DNA of 64,000 bases from NCBI GenBank assembly GCA_963713735.1, contig CAVQND010000015.1, positions 8,095-72,094 on the forward strand. Direction: 5' to 3'. The number at the start of each line of letters is the position of its first letter. Position 1 is the stretch's first letter. Of this stretch, positions 1 to 9,874 are shown in pieces. The DNA is from an uncultured bacterium. Its GTDB lineage: Bacteria > Verrucomicrobiota > Verrucomicrobiia > Limisphaerales > UBA8199. A program made the translations under genes and the position numbers. A model generated the notes under the pieces. That model saw only the letters and a list, made by a program, of their open reading frames with translations. It had not been told where the DNA came from and searched no databases.

Positions 1-273
1 AAACGGTATTGCGCATCCGGCCGGTGGGCGAGAGGTTTTTTTGATAACCCCTGAAGAGCAGCAGCCCAGGAATTCATCCCGGAGGGATGACAGATGGTAG
101 CCGGGGTCGAAGCGTCGCGAGACCCCCGGTTCAGCGGCGGTGTGGGTCGGCATCCTATAGGGATGCCAGAAGGCGGCCTGCCCCCTTTGTGCAGCCTTCT
201 GGCACCGCGCTCCGGGGTACAGGCCCCCTCTGGCCGCAAACCGGGGGTTGCGGCGATGCCCATTCGCGTCAGG

Positions 274-504
274 CTAAGGTTTGGCGCGCAGTTGACGCGG
301 CGGCCTTTTCTGTGTCCGACACAGGAGCAGCACGTTTTTGTCTTCGATTAGCCACTTCATTTCTTCCCCTTTTTTGATCTCCAGCGCCTCCGCCAGGACC
401 ACCGGCAAGTTCAGATAGTAGGAGCGATTGGTTGGCCGCTCCACCTTTTGCACTTTGATGAGGTAACCCGTCGTTTTTTCTGTCGCCTTTTGTCGCTTTG
501 GCAT
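274..504 (-). CDS. AbrB/SpoVT-family DNA-binding protein (76 aa), passenger gene inside the IS
   Basis: The translation ...YYLNLPVVLAEALEIKKGEEMKWLIEDKNVLLL matches the looped-hinge AbrB/MazE/SpoVT pattern. Lower GC than surroundings by eye. The C-terminal tail runs into the inner IR block. Confidence 0.55.
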   Translation of the reverse strand: MPKRQKATEKTTGYLIKVQKVERPTNRSYYLNLPVVLAEALEIKKGEEMKWLIEDKNVLLLCRTQKRPPRQLRAKP

Positions 505-522
505 ATAGTATTAATACTATAT
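503..522. promoter_or_regulatory. Perfect 20-bp AT-only palindrome atatagtattaatactatat (candidate operator)
   Basis: Exact self-complementarity read from the sequence. It fills most of the 28 bp between the divergent start codons at 504 (minus) and 533 (plus) and overlaps the ATG of the AbrB-like ORF. Confidence 0.45.
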
Positions 523-532
523 AAAACCACGC

Positions 533-1894
533 ATGTCATCTCCTAACCCTTCCGCGCAAAACAATTCCGGTTTGCCCGCCTCCCTCCACCAACAGCTCCC
601 GGCCTGCCTCCCCAAACTCGACGCCATCGACGCCGAGGGTATCGCCCGAGCCTCAGGCTTTCTGCAGCGCAGCCCACGTAAAATCCCCATGCTCAAATTT
701 GCCAAGGGCCTCCTGGCCCTCGCTCCCGAAACCGACCTCGCCTTGGAGCATACCGCCGCAGTCATCGGCTTGGCCGCCGACACCACCTACACTAAACAGT
801 CTTTGAGTGAACGGCTCTCCGGTGGCCTCAAAGGCTTTCTGGCTGGGGTCGTCACGGCCCTCTTCAGCCAGATCGCTCGTGGCGTTCCGACCTGCCAAGC
901 CCTTGAACGCTTTGCTCACGTCTGGGTCCATGACAGCACCTCCCAAACGCTGCCCAAGCACTTGGCTGAACTCTTCCCCGGGGCCGGCAACCAACATGGG
1001 CAAGACTACGCCACCCTCAAAATCCAATGGATCTGCGACATCAAAAACGGCGTGGTCGGGCACGTCTCCCTTTCGGGCTATACTCGCAATGACCAGGCCG
1101 CCGCCCCGGACATCCTGGAAGTCGCCCGCCCCGGCGATCTGGTCCTGCGGGATCTGGGTTACTTCACCACGGCAGTCCTGGCCCAGTTTGTCAGTGCGGG
1201 CATCTCCTTCCTCAGCCGCTACCGCCACGGCGTCAATCCCTACGACCCCAAGACGGGCCAACCGCTGAATTTAAAGGCCCTCCTGAAGAACTCTGGCTCC
1301 TTGGATATGGACGTGCTCCTGGGACCGGAGCGAGCGGCCGTGCGCTTGGTCGCCCTGCCCGTGCCAGAGGAAGTGGCCAATCAGCGGCGGCACAAGGCCA
1401 AAGTCTCCGCCCAGAAACGCCACCGCTCCCCTCCTGGCGCCGAGCATCTCTTCTTGATGGGCTGGAACATCTTCGTGACCAACGTGCCGGCGGCGACTTG
1501 GCCCCCCAAGGTCCTGGCCGCGATCTATCGGCTGCGCTGGCGAATTGAGATCATTTTAAAACCTGGAAAAGCCACCTGGGATTGCCTCACCTCAACTGCC
1601 GCACCCCGGTCTTGCTTGAGCCTCTCGGTGCTGACCAAGTTGTTGTTCTGCGCGCTGGTCTGCCAGCTTTCTGACCTGCTGGAACTCAATTGTCCCCACG
1701 GCCAACACGTCAGCCTCCTTCGCCTGGGGCACATTCTCGGACAGTGCGCTTGCTGGTTCTCGGCCATGGTGCTGGGCGTCTCGGTCGTTCAATGGGTGGA
1801 GTTCTGCCTCGCCCGCCATGCCTTCTACGAAAAGCGAAACGATCGCAAAAACTACTACGAACTGCTGTCCGGAGCCGCAGACGCCTTAGCCTGA
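533..1894 (+). CDS. IS4-family DDE transposase
   Basis: 453-aa ORF with ...VHDST..., ...LVLRDLGYF... and the C-terminal YRLRWRIEI motif (Y-x2-R-x3-E signature of IS4/IS5-type DDE enzymes). Sequence after the YRLRWRIEI motif deviates from the usual ...K pattern and may be partly degenerate. Confidence 0.8.
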   Translation: MSSPNPSAQNNSGLPASLHQQLPACLPKLDAIDAEGIARASGFLQRSPRKIPMLKFAKGLLALAPETDLALEHTAAVIGLAADTTYTKQSLSERLSGGLKGFLAGVVTALFSQIARGVPTCQALERFAHVWVHDSTSQTLPKHLAELFPGAGNQHGQDYATLKIQWICDIKNGVVGHVSLSGYTRNDQAAAPDILEVARPGDLVLRDLGYFTTAVLAQFVSAGISFLSRYRHGVNPYDPKTGQPLNLKALLKNSGSLDMDVLLGPERAAVRLVALPVPEEVANQRRHKAKVSAQKRHRSPPGAEHLFLMGWNIFVTNVPAATWPPKVLAAIYRLRWRIEIILKPGKATWDCLTSTAAPRSCLSLSVLTKLLFCALVCQLSDLLELNCPHGQHVSLLRLGHILGQCACWFSAMVLGVSVVQWVEFCLARHAFYEKRNDRKNYYELLSGAADALA

Positions 1895-2128
1895 CGCGAA
1901 TGGGCGATGCCGTGACTCCCGACTACCATCTGTCATCCCTCCGGGATGAATTCCCGGGCGGCGGGTACTCTCCCCGAGCTCGAGACCCACATGGTGGCAC
2001 TGACGGGCTGCGCCCTGCCACGGCGGCGCGTCCCCGATCGTTTGACGAACTGCTCTCCTTTACCTGCGAACCGATTCCCACTCGCGTCCACACGCTGGCA
2101 CCCCAGGGCCGCGCCGAAGGCGGCGGGC

Positions 2129-2306
2129 AGGGCCAGTGACAAAGTTCTCCGCAAACCATTGTAGGAGACGACGTGAGGAGTCTCTGATTGATTTTTGGCC
2201 ACAGCGAAAGCCTGCTCCACTCCGAGGCCATTGATCAGAGACTCCTTACGTCGTCTCCTACAGTCAGGGAATGGGGCCCGTTTCGGCGACTTTGTCAGCC
2301 GCCCTG
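2129..2306. repeat. 178-bp palindromic MITE/REP-like element, copy 1 (near-identical copy at 49328-49506)
   Basis: Near-identical sequence at both loci. Inner arms tgtaggagacgacgtgaggagtctctgat / atcagagactccttacgtcgtctcctaca, and outer arms sharing the tgacaaagt core in inverted orientation. Confidence 0.85.
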
Positions 2307-2381
2307 AAGCGGCGGGAAGACGGCAGGGTCCGTTGCTTGACTCCTTGTCGCCATCTGGCATCATCGAAAAGGAATCTCACG

Positions 2382-4367
2382 ATGAATACACCTCCCATTC
2401 CGGTCCTTCCGGTCGCCCTTCTGCTCTGCTGCAGCCCACTGGCCTGCCTCGGCCAGGTTGATCCCAAGCAACTTGGGGGTGTCCTGGGCGAGGAACTCGT
2501 TCCCCCGAGCGTGTCCGAGCATCAGTTGCGCCATTACCTGGTGAATCTCGTGGCGCCCCCGCCTTCGCCCGCGACCGCCGGCCAGTGGAGCCAGGAGGCC
2601 AAACAACTGCGCGAGCACTGGCTCAACGACGTGGTTTATCATGGCTGGCCGCGCGACGTCATCGAGGCCCCGCCCCGATTCGAGGAGACCGGAGTCATCG
2701 AGACCGGCAAAGGATACCGGGTCCGCAAGCTGCGCTACGAGATCGTGCCGGGGTTCTACTCGGCGGCGCTGCTTTACGAGCCGGAGGGCGCCCGGCGTGG
2801 CTCACCGGCCATTTTGAACGTCAATGGGCACGTGGGCGCGCCGGGCAAGACTGTCGAGTACAAGCAGAGGCGGTGCATCCAGTTTGCCAAACAGGGCATC
2901 CTGGCCCTGAACCTGGAATGGCTCAGCTTTGGCGAGCTCTCCCAAAGTGAGAACCAGCACTGGTACGGCGCGCACCTCGACCTGGTGGGGGCGCACGAAC
3001 TGGGCTTGTTCTACCTGGCCATGCGCCGGGGACTCGACTACCTCTGCCATCATCCCCTGGTGGACCGCGAGCGGATCGGGATGACCGGCCTGTCGGGCGG
3101 TGGCTGGCAGACGATCATGCTCACCGCCCTGGATACGCGGATCAAAGTCACGGCGCCCGTGGCCGGCTTCTCCTCGATTGCTTCGCGGGTCGAGGCCAAG
3201 CGCTATGGCGACTTGGGCGACATCGAGCAAGCCCCGACCGACTTCTTCGTCGGAAGCGACTACACGCACTTGGTGGGCCTGTGCGCGCCCCGCCCCACGC
3301 TGCTGATCTATAATGCGGAGGATGATTGTTGTTTCCGGGCGCCGTTGGTCAAGCCGCTGGTCTTCGACGCGATGCGCCCGCTCTTCGCACTTTATGGGGC
3401 TGGGGAGGCCTTGCAGTGGCACGAAAACCTGGACCCGGGAACCCACAATTACCAGAAGGACAACCGGCTGGCAGCTTATCGCTTTTTTGCCGCCCACTTT
3501 CATCTGCCACCATTTGCGGAGGAAGGAAATCTGGATTCGGAACTCAGAAGTTATAACGAGCTCACCGTGGGGTTGCCAACGAACAATCTTACCATCCTGG
3601 GTCTGGCGCAAAAACTGGGCCGGGAAATAGCCCGCACCCCCATTCCCACAAACCAGGCCGAGCGCGCGCGCTGGGTTCTGGCAGAGCGGGTTCGGCTCGA
3701 ACAGGTCATCCGGCACCGATCGCCCGCGCTGGCCGAGCCTTGGCCGGTGGCCAGCACCAAGAACGGGGGCGTGGAGAGCATCTCCTACGTGTTCGACTTC
3801 GGAAACGGTCTTTCGGCCAACGGCGTGCTCATGCGCCTGATGGGCTGCCCGGAAACCGCGCCGGTGACGCTCATCCTGAATGATAAGGGCAAGAGGGAAA
3901 GCGCCGGCCCGGTCGCGGCCCGGGTCGTCAAGGGCGAACAGGTTCTGGCACTGGACTTGGCTTTCTACGGCGACGCCTGGCGGGGGGTGCCCGTGCCCGA
4001 TTACGCGCAGATCATTCACGGGTTGGGCGAGCGCCCGCTGGGCATCATGGTGGGACAATTACTGGAGATCAGCCGGTGGCTGCGCGACCGGGCCGGTGGA
4101 GCCCGCGTGGGCGTGGAAAGCGCCGGTTTGCGCCACCAGGTAGTGGTTCTCTCGACCGCCGCCCTCGAGCCCGACCTGTTCTCTGAGATTACCATCCGCG
4201 ACGGAGTGAAGAGCCTGTCCTGCCTTTTGGAAAGGCCCGTCCAGTTTTCCCAGGCCCCGGAGTTGTTCTGCCTCGATTTCTTCAAGGACTTTGACCTGGA
4301 CCGGCTGCAAGCGATGATTCGGGGCGTGCGGGTCGAATTCAAGAGCCTGGGCGAGCCGGCCAAATGA
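2382..4367 (+). CDS. Secreted alpha/beta-hydrolase (acetyl-xylan-esterase / dienelactone-hydrolase-like)
   Basis: Signal-like N-terminus MNTPPIPVLPVALLLCCSPLACLG at the internal ATG 2382. Nucleophile elbow GLSGGG (G-x-S-x-G). Intact 661-aa frame. Confidence 0.7.
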   Translation: MNTPPIPVLPVALLLCCSPLACLGQVDPKQLGGVLGEELVPPSVSEHQLRHYLVNLVAPPPSPATAGQWSQEAKQLREHWLNDVVYHGWPRDVIEAPPRFEETGVIETGKGYRVRKLRYEIVPGFYSAALLYEPEGARRGSPAILNVNGHVGAPGKTVEYKQRRCIQFAKQGILALNLEWLSFGELSQSENQHWYGAHLDLVGAHELGLFYLAMRRGLDYLCHHPLVDRERIGMTGLSGGGWQTIMLTALDTRIKVTAPVAGFSSIASRVEAKRYGDLGDIEQAPTDFFVGSDYTHLVGLCAPRPTLLIYNAEDDCCFRAPLVKPLVFDAMRPLFALYGAGEALQWHENLDPGTHNYQKDNRLAAYRFFAAHFHLPPFAEEGNLDSELRSYNELTVGLPTNNLTILGLAQKLGREIARTPIPTNQAERARWVLAERVRLEQVIRHRSPALAEPWPVASTKNGGVESISYVFDFGNGLSANGVLMRLMGCPETAPVTLILNDKGKRESAGPVAARVVKGEQVLALDLAFYGDAWRGVPVPDYAQIIHGLGERPLGIMVGQLLEISRWLRDRAGGARVGVESAGLRHQVVVLSTAALEPDLFSEITIRDGVKSLSCLLERPVQFSQAPELFCLDFFKDFDLDRLQAMIRGVRVEFKSLGEPAK

Positions 4368-4380
4368 AAGGGGCAATGAC

Positions 4381-6220
4381 ATGCATCTGCCTTGGACACG
4401 CCGCAGGACACAAGTCCACCAGTCGCTGCCGCTCGTGGCGGTCCTGCTGGCGGGAAGCCTGAACACCCCCGCAGAGGACTGCCGGCTCGGGTACGCCCGC
4501 GACCTGCTCCGCTCGGCCAGCCTCCCGGCAGCCGTTGACCTGAAAGTGGAGCGGTCCCTGGGACCTGAGGAGGCCTTTGCGATAAGCCTCGGCGCCGGCG
4601 GCGGGGTCCTGGTTGCCGGAGGCGGACCCGCCGGTGTGCTTTATGGTGTCCAGGAGACCCTGGCAGCCCGGGGCGCAGTGCGGCCGATGGCCGAGAAACC
4701 GGATTTCGACCTCCGTGGCACGGTCTTGTTTTGGATGAAGGATTCCAGCTACGACTTCGAACTGAGGCCGGAAGAGTTTCCCTGGTTTTATGATCGCGCG
4801 CTGCTGACGCGTTACCTGGATTATCTCTTCGAGAGCCGGTTCAACGCCATCTTTGTCTGGAGCGGCTTTGTCTTCCCGAGCCTGGTCGAGTTGCCGGAGT
4901 ATCCCGAGGCCCGCACCTTGAGCGAGACGACCTCTGGCTGGCTGGAATTGGACGCTACCTGTGGAAAGTGGACCGGGACCCGACGTCAGAGATGGCTTAT
5001 TGGGCAGCGCGGCTGGCGGAGCGATTCGGCTCGGCCAAGGCCGGGGCGTTGCTCCGCGATTGGTACATCACCACCGGTCCGATCCTGCCGGGTCTGCAGA
5101 ACCTCACCAGCGTGATGAACATGAACTGGTTCCCAACAGCCGTTGGGAAGGAGCAAGACGTGGATGCCATCCTGAGTTCGCGGCAAACGATGGAGGGCGA
5201 CCGGCGCGCCAACGAAGACATTGCCAAGGCTGCCGTCGCCTGGACCGCCCACTATCCCACTCGCCCGGTGGATTCATTTTTCCTCGAACGCTATGGCCGG
5301 GAGTACGGCCTGCACCTGACCAACCGGATGAGCATGCCGGTGGCCGAATATGCCGCAAAGCTCGCCCGTGGCCAGCCGGCCAGCGAACGCCATGACTCCG
5401 GACAAGGTGGTGGAGTTACTGGTCACTCTGGCGCGCGAATCCGAGGGCCTCGCCCGCCAGGCCGAAAGCGCGGCCACCCGCGCCCGGGACGAGGCGGAAC
5501 GGTATGTGACCGACAGCCAAGCCATCTCACTCATTGCTCAATACTATCGAGCCAAGGTCCTGGCCGCCCTGGAGAAGCAGCTCTGGCGGCTGACCTGCGA
5601 CAAGGCCCACCGGCAGGCCTTTCTTGCCCACCTGGGCCAGTCGGTCGTTCTCTATCGGCAGTTGGTCGAACTGACCGGGCGAACCTACCTGACCGCGACC
5701 GACATGATTACGACCTTGTCCTGGGGCGGCGGCCTCGAAGCGGCTGAGGACGACCTGGCCCTCCAGAAGCGATTCGTTCGCCGCCAGCAGGAAGCAACTC
5801 GCCCCGGTGTCTGCTGGGTTTACGCCGACGAAATGCAGGGAGGCTGGGCCAAACGGCGCAACTACCCCGGCTATCTTGGCGAGTGGTTTCGCTCGCCTGA
5901 GGACGAGTCCCGGAAGCAAGCCGCGCTGGGCCTCGAGCTGGGACTTGCGCGTGCGGGCAAATACGCGGTTTGGGTTCATGCGTTGATCGGCGGCGCCACG
6001 CCGGATCGTGCCCTGGTCACGGGCGTGAACGAACTGACCTTTCCTGCTTCGCATGGGGAAGCCGGCCCTGCCGGGAGGCAAATTCGTCTGGCACAAAGTC
6101 GGCGAGGCGGACCTGCCTCGCGGCATCGCGAGCATATCCATCAAGGCGATGGGCAGCGGTTGGGCCGGCCTGGATGCCGTCGTTCTGACCCACGACCCGG
6201 CCTGGCAGCCCCCGCCATAG
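4381..6220 (+). pseudogene. Glycoside-hydrolase-like gene (GH20b/GH67N-type N-terminal domain), split over at least 3-4 frames
   Basis: ORFs 4381-5115, 4968-5747 and 5350-6465 join into one protein-like reading, plus a fourth frame ending ...AVVLTHDPAWQPPP* at 6220. N-terminal motif ...VAGGGPAGVLYGVQETL... The junctions require frameshifts. Confidence 0.6.
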
Positions 6221-6322
6221 GCCCATTTCGAGTCGCCGTCGGCCACCGGGAGGTCCTTTCGGCCAAAGCGCCGTCGAGGCCGCGAAGCCAGGCGTTGCGT
6301 GGGTGGCGGCTCAGGTTGTTTC

Positions 6323-9300
6323 TCATCTCGGCGGTGTGTCTGCGGAAGGCCAGGGAGCCTCGAAGACGTAGCTGCCCGAGCCGACTTCGAAAACCGCCGT
6401 GCCATTCTCGGCGGGCAGGGGCCGCGCCTCCTCTGCGTCGCGGGCGGGCCTGCCGGACTCTGTAACCGCCCCGGGCGCGCTGGTCGGCACATGGACGGTC
6501 GCGCTTGTGTTCGGCGGCACAATGACGTGGAGGGTGAGCCTGGCTCCTTCGATCTTCCAGTCACACACAATGCGTCCGCGAATGGACTGGTACTCGCCTT
6601 TGGCCCAGGTCACGCCGCCCCCCGGATACGGAGCGACGGTGAAATGCTTCCAGCCGGGTTGCGCGTCGTCGGGGTTCAGGCCGGCGATGTAGCGCCACAT
6701 CCACTCGCCCACGGCGCCAAAAGCCCAGTGGTTGAACGAATTCATTCCCGCGTCCTGGAAACCGCGGCCCTTGACGTAACCGTCCCACCGTTCCCAGATC
6801 GTGGTCGCGCCGTTGTCGAGCATGTAGAGCCAGGATGGAAAAGTGCGGTTGGTGAGTAGTTGCCAGGCGACCTCGGGGTAATGCTCGCGCGCCAGTTCCA
6901 GCATGGCGCGGTGGGTGGTCTGGATGCCGGTGGAGAGGTGGTTCTGGTAGCGGCGGATGTTTTCGACCAGGTGCTGCGCGGATTTCGCGCGGAGGTCCTC
7001 CGGCAGCAGGTTGAAGTTGAGCGCCAGCGCGTAGCCGCCTTGGGTGTCGCCCTCGATGCGACCGTCGGGCTTGACGAAACGGTGGTTGAAAACGGCTTTG
7101 ATCCGGTTGAACAATTCGCCATAACAGCGGGCCTCTTCCTGGCGTCCAGCACCTCGGCCATCTTCGCCACCAACTCTGTGGAGTGAGCGAAGAAGGCGGT
7201 GGCAAAAACTTCGTTCGGGACCGAGCCGCCTTGGCTGGGCCAGCCGGCCTGCTGGATCCAGTCGCCGTTGAGCCAGTCATTGTAGTCGTTATTGCGGCCC
7301 TTGGACCAGGTCAGGTCCGGATTGTTCCGGTGGACATACTCGACCCAGCGCCGGGCGGCCTCGAAATGCCCGGCCAGGAGCCGGGCGTCGGCATAGTTCT
7401 GATAAGCGCGCCAGGGGACGATTACACCGGCGTCGGCCCAGGCGGGCGCGCCCGAGGCGCCCTGGTTCGGGTCGCCCGGGTGCGGCGCGTAATCCGGAAA
7501 GCGGCCGTCGTCCGCCTGGTCGTCGCGGATGTCCTGGGCGAACTTGGTAAAGAAGGCGGCCAGGTCCATGTTGAAGATCGCGGTTTGGGAGAAGGCCTGG
7601 ATGTCGCCCATCCAGCCGAAGCGCTCGTCGCGCTGGGGGCAGTCGTTGGGCGAGCTCATGAGGTTGGCGCGCTGCGTCCAGAGGAGGTTGCGCATGAGCT
7701 GATTGAGGGAGGCATCAGAGCACTCGAACTGCCCTGCCTCGGGGGAAGTGGAGTGAAAAACCCGGCCGATGAGCGCCGCCCTGGCCGGCGGTTTGGCCAG
7801 GCCGCTCAGCTCGACATACCGAAAGCCGTGGTAGGTGAAGTGTGGTTCGAAGACAAACTCCCCGTCCACGCGCGGGAGGTAACGGTCCACCTGCAACGCG
7901 CCGCGCAAGTTCGCCGTGTAGAGGGTGCCATCGTCGTTGAGCATCTCGGCATGGCGGAGGGTGACCGTTTTGCCGGCGGCCCCTGACGGCGTGCAGGCGG
8001 CACCAGCCAACCATGTTCTGGCCGAAATCGAACACAAAGACGCCGGGCTTTGGCTCGGTCATTTTGGCCGGGGCAATTTCCTGGACAACCCGGATGGGTT
8101 CGTTGGGCTGCCAAACCAGTCGCCGCGCATCCAGCTCGAAACTCCTGGCGCGGACCGCCACGCCGAGGCGTCGAAACCAGGCGCATCCCAGCCGGCCACT
8201 TCTTCGCGGGCGTCATAGACCTCCCCGTCGTAAATGCCGGCGGAACGAATCGGACCATCCGTGGTGCAGCGCCAGGAGTCGTCGGAAACCACCGTGCTGC
8301 GTCGTGCCGTCGGCGAACTCGATTTCCAGTTGCAGCAGGAAACGCGGCTGGGTGCCGTAGGCAAAGCGGCCCACGCCCATCAGGCGCCCCGCATACCAAC
8401 CCTCGCCCAAGAGAGCGGCCACGGCGTTCTCGCCCTGGCGCAACAACGCGGTCGACGTCGTGGGCCTGGTACTGCACGCGTTTCCCGTAACTGGTCCATT
8501 CGGGCGCCAGCAAGTCCTCGCCCACGCGCTGGCCGTTGAGGCGAAGCTCGTAGAGGCCCAGTGCGGTGGCATAGGCGGTGGCCCGCTTGACGGGACGATC
8601 CAGTCGGAACGATTTGCGGACCAACGTGGCCGGCAGCGCCCCGCCGTGCGCCGGGCTTGACCGTCTCGCACACGCCGTCGGTCAGGTTGGCCTTGGCCCA
8701 CGGCGCCGGTTTCAATCGAATCCAGCGCCAGGACTTTGGCCTCCTTTCCCAGGTTGGTCTCTCCCTGCAAGACTTGCATCTCCGCCAAGCGCAAACCCAA
8801 AGTGGCTCGCATCCCGTTGGCGCAAGCGTGTGACCCTCAGCCGGACAAAGCGCGAAGTGGCGGCGGCGAAGCGATAGAGCGGCGCGTTGGTGCCGGGGTT
8901 GGGTTCGTCGCTCGCGGTGCGGTCAACGAGCACCCGCGCATCGGAGAAATCGGACCGTGAGGCCGCCTCGATGCTGAAGCGCGCCGGGAAAGAGGAAGCC
9001 TGGCGTGTCGGGCTGCCAATCGTAAGGCCGCGCTGGAAACAGGCGGACGGCATCGAAGCTCTGCGGTTCGCCCAGGTCAATCGCCACCCACTTGGTCGTG
9101 TCCGCCGAGTTCGCGAACTCGCTGTGATAGCCGTTGAGGGGGCCGGGCGCGATGACGTTAGTCGCGCTGTCGGCATCCGCTATCCACCTCGCGCGCCAGT
9201 CGGACCGGTGCAGCAAACCCATCGTCCAAGTGCCGGGCTCGCTCCAGGCGGAGGCCTGGTCACGCCTGTCCCAGACACGCACCTTCCACCACACGCGCAT

Positions 9301-9763
9301 CCGCGATGGGAGCGGCTGCCCGGCGTAACCAACCTGTAGCGTCTGGTCGAAAGCGACTTTGCCACTGTCCCACAAATCGCCCTCGTCGCGGGCCAACCTT
9401 TCGGCCGAGGACGAAACCAGAATTTGGCGGCCGGTTTGCTGGTCCCCGCGCCGGCCAGAGGCCAGCGTCCACGACAATCGCGGCCGGGCCACGTCGATTC
9501 CCAGAGGGTTCCGCCGATACTCGCACCGCAGGTCCGAGGGCCGGATGCCGGGCGGCAGCGGGGCGGCATCCGCAGCGTCGAGGAAGGCGACCCTTGAACC
9601 GTTCTCGCGCCCCCCGGCAAAGGCCAGCAAGGCGCCATTGCCGGCGCGAACGACCGCCGGGACCTGCAGGGCATGGCAACCCTCTGTCCCGCCTTGGAAG
9701 ACCTGCACCTGGACGCCCCCCGAGAATCAATGCGCAGGCCAGGATCTCGAAATAGCTGTTCAT
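6323..9763 (-). pseudogene. GH78 alpha-L-rhamnosidase with discoidin (F5/8 type C) insertion, multiply frameshifted
   Basis: Fragments in different frames: LRCEYRRNPLGIDVARPRLSW (N-terminus), YELRLNGQRVGEDLLAPEWTSY, FHGFRYVELSG, NDCPQRDERFGWMGD, TTIWERWDGY (C-terminal). 8923-9708, 8712-9176, 7806-8624, 8213-8812, 7715-8161, 6742-8037 and 6323-7114 each carry a piece. Confidence 0.8.
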
Positions 9764-9874
9764 GCCCTCGATTCTACCCACGAACCCCAAGCCCAAAAAG
9801 GAGATTTGAGCAGGCGTGCCTGAGCATCCGCATGAAGGATTTACTTATCACTTTCTTTGACTATTCTGGCGCCC

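Larger units (their letters stand above)
64..1959 (+). mobile_element. IS4-family insertion sequence with long, split terminal inverted repeats
   Basis: Terminal IRs 64-100 vs 1923-1959 match 36/37 when reverse-complemented. A second IR block, 252-279 vs 1884-1911, matches 25/28. The element encloses a DDE transposase ORF. No target-site duplication recognisable by eye. Confidence 0.75.

Noticed and set aside
87-377. 96-aa and 85-aa plus-strand ORFs at the window start
   Set aside because: They lie within the IS4 left inverted repeat and its hairpin-rich insert, have Arg/Gly/Pro-rich composition, and overlap the better-supported AbrB-like ORF on the other strand.
2802-4058. 418-aa ORF on the minus strand
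   Set aside because: It lies entirely antisense to the well-supported alpha/beta-hydrolase gene. Its Arg/Gly/Pro/His-rich composition is typical of shadow ORFs in GC-rich DNA, and it has no recognisable motifs.
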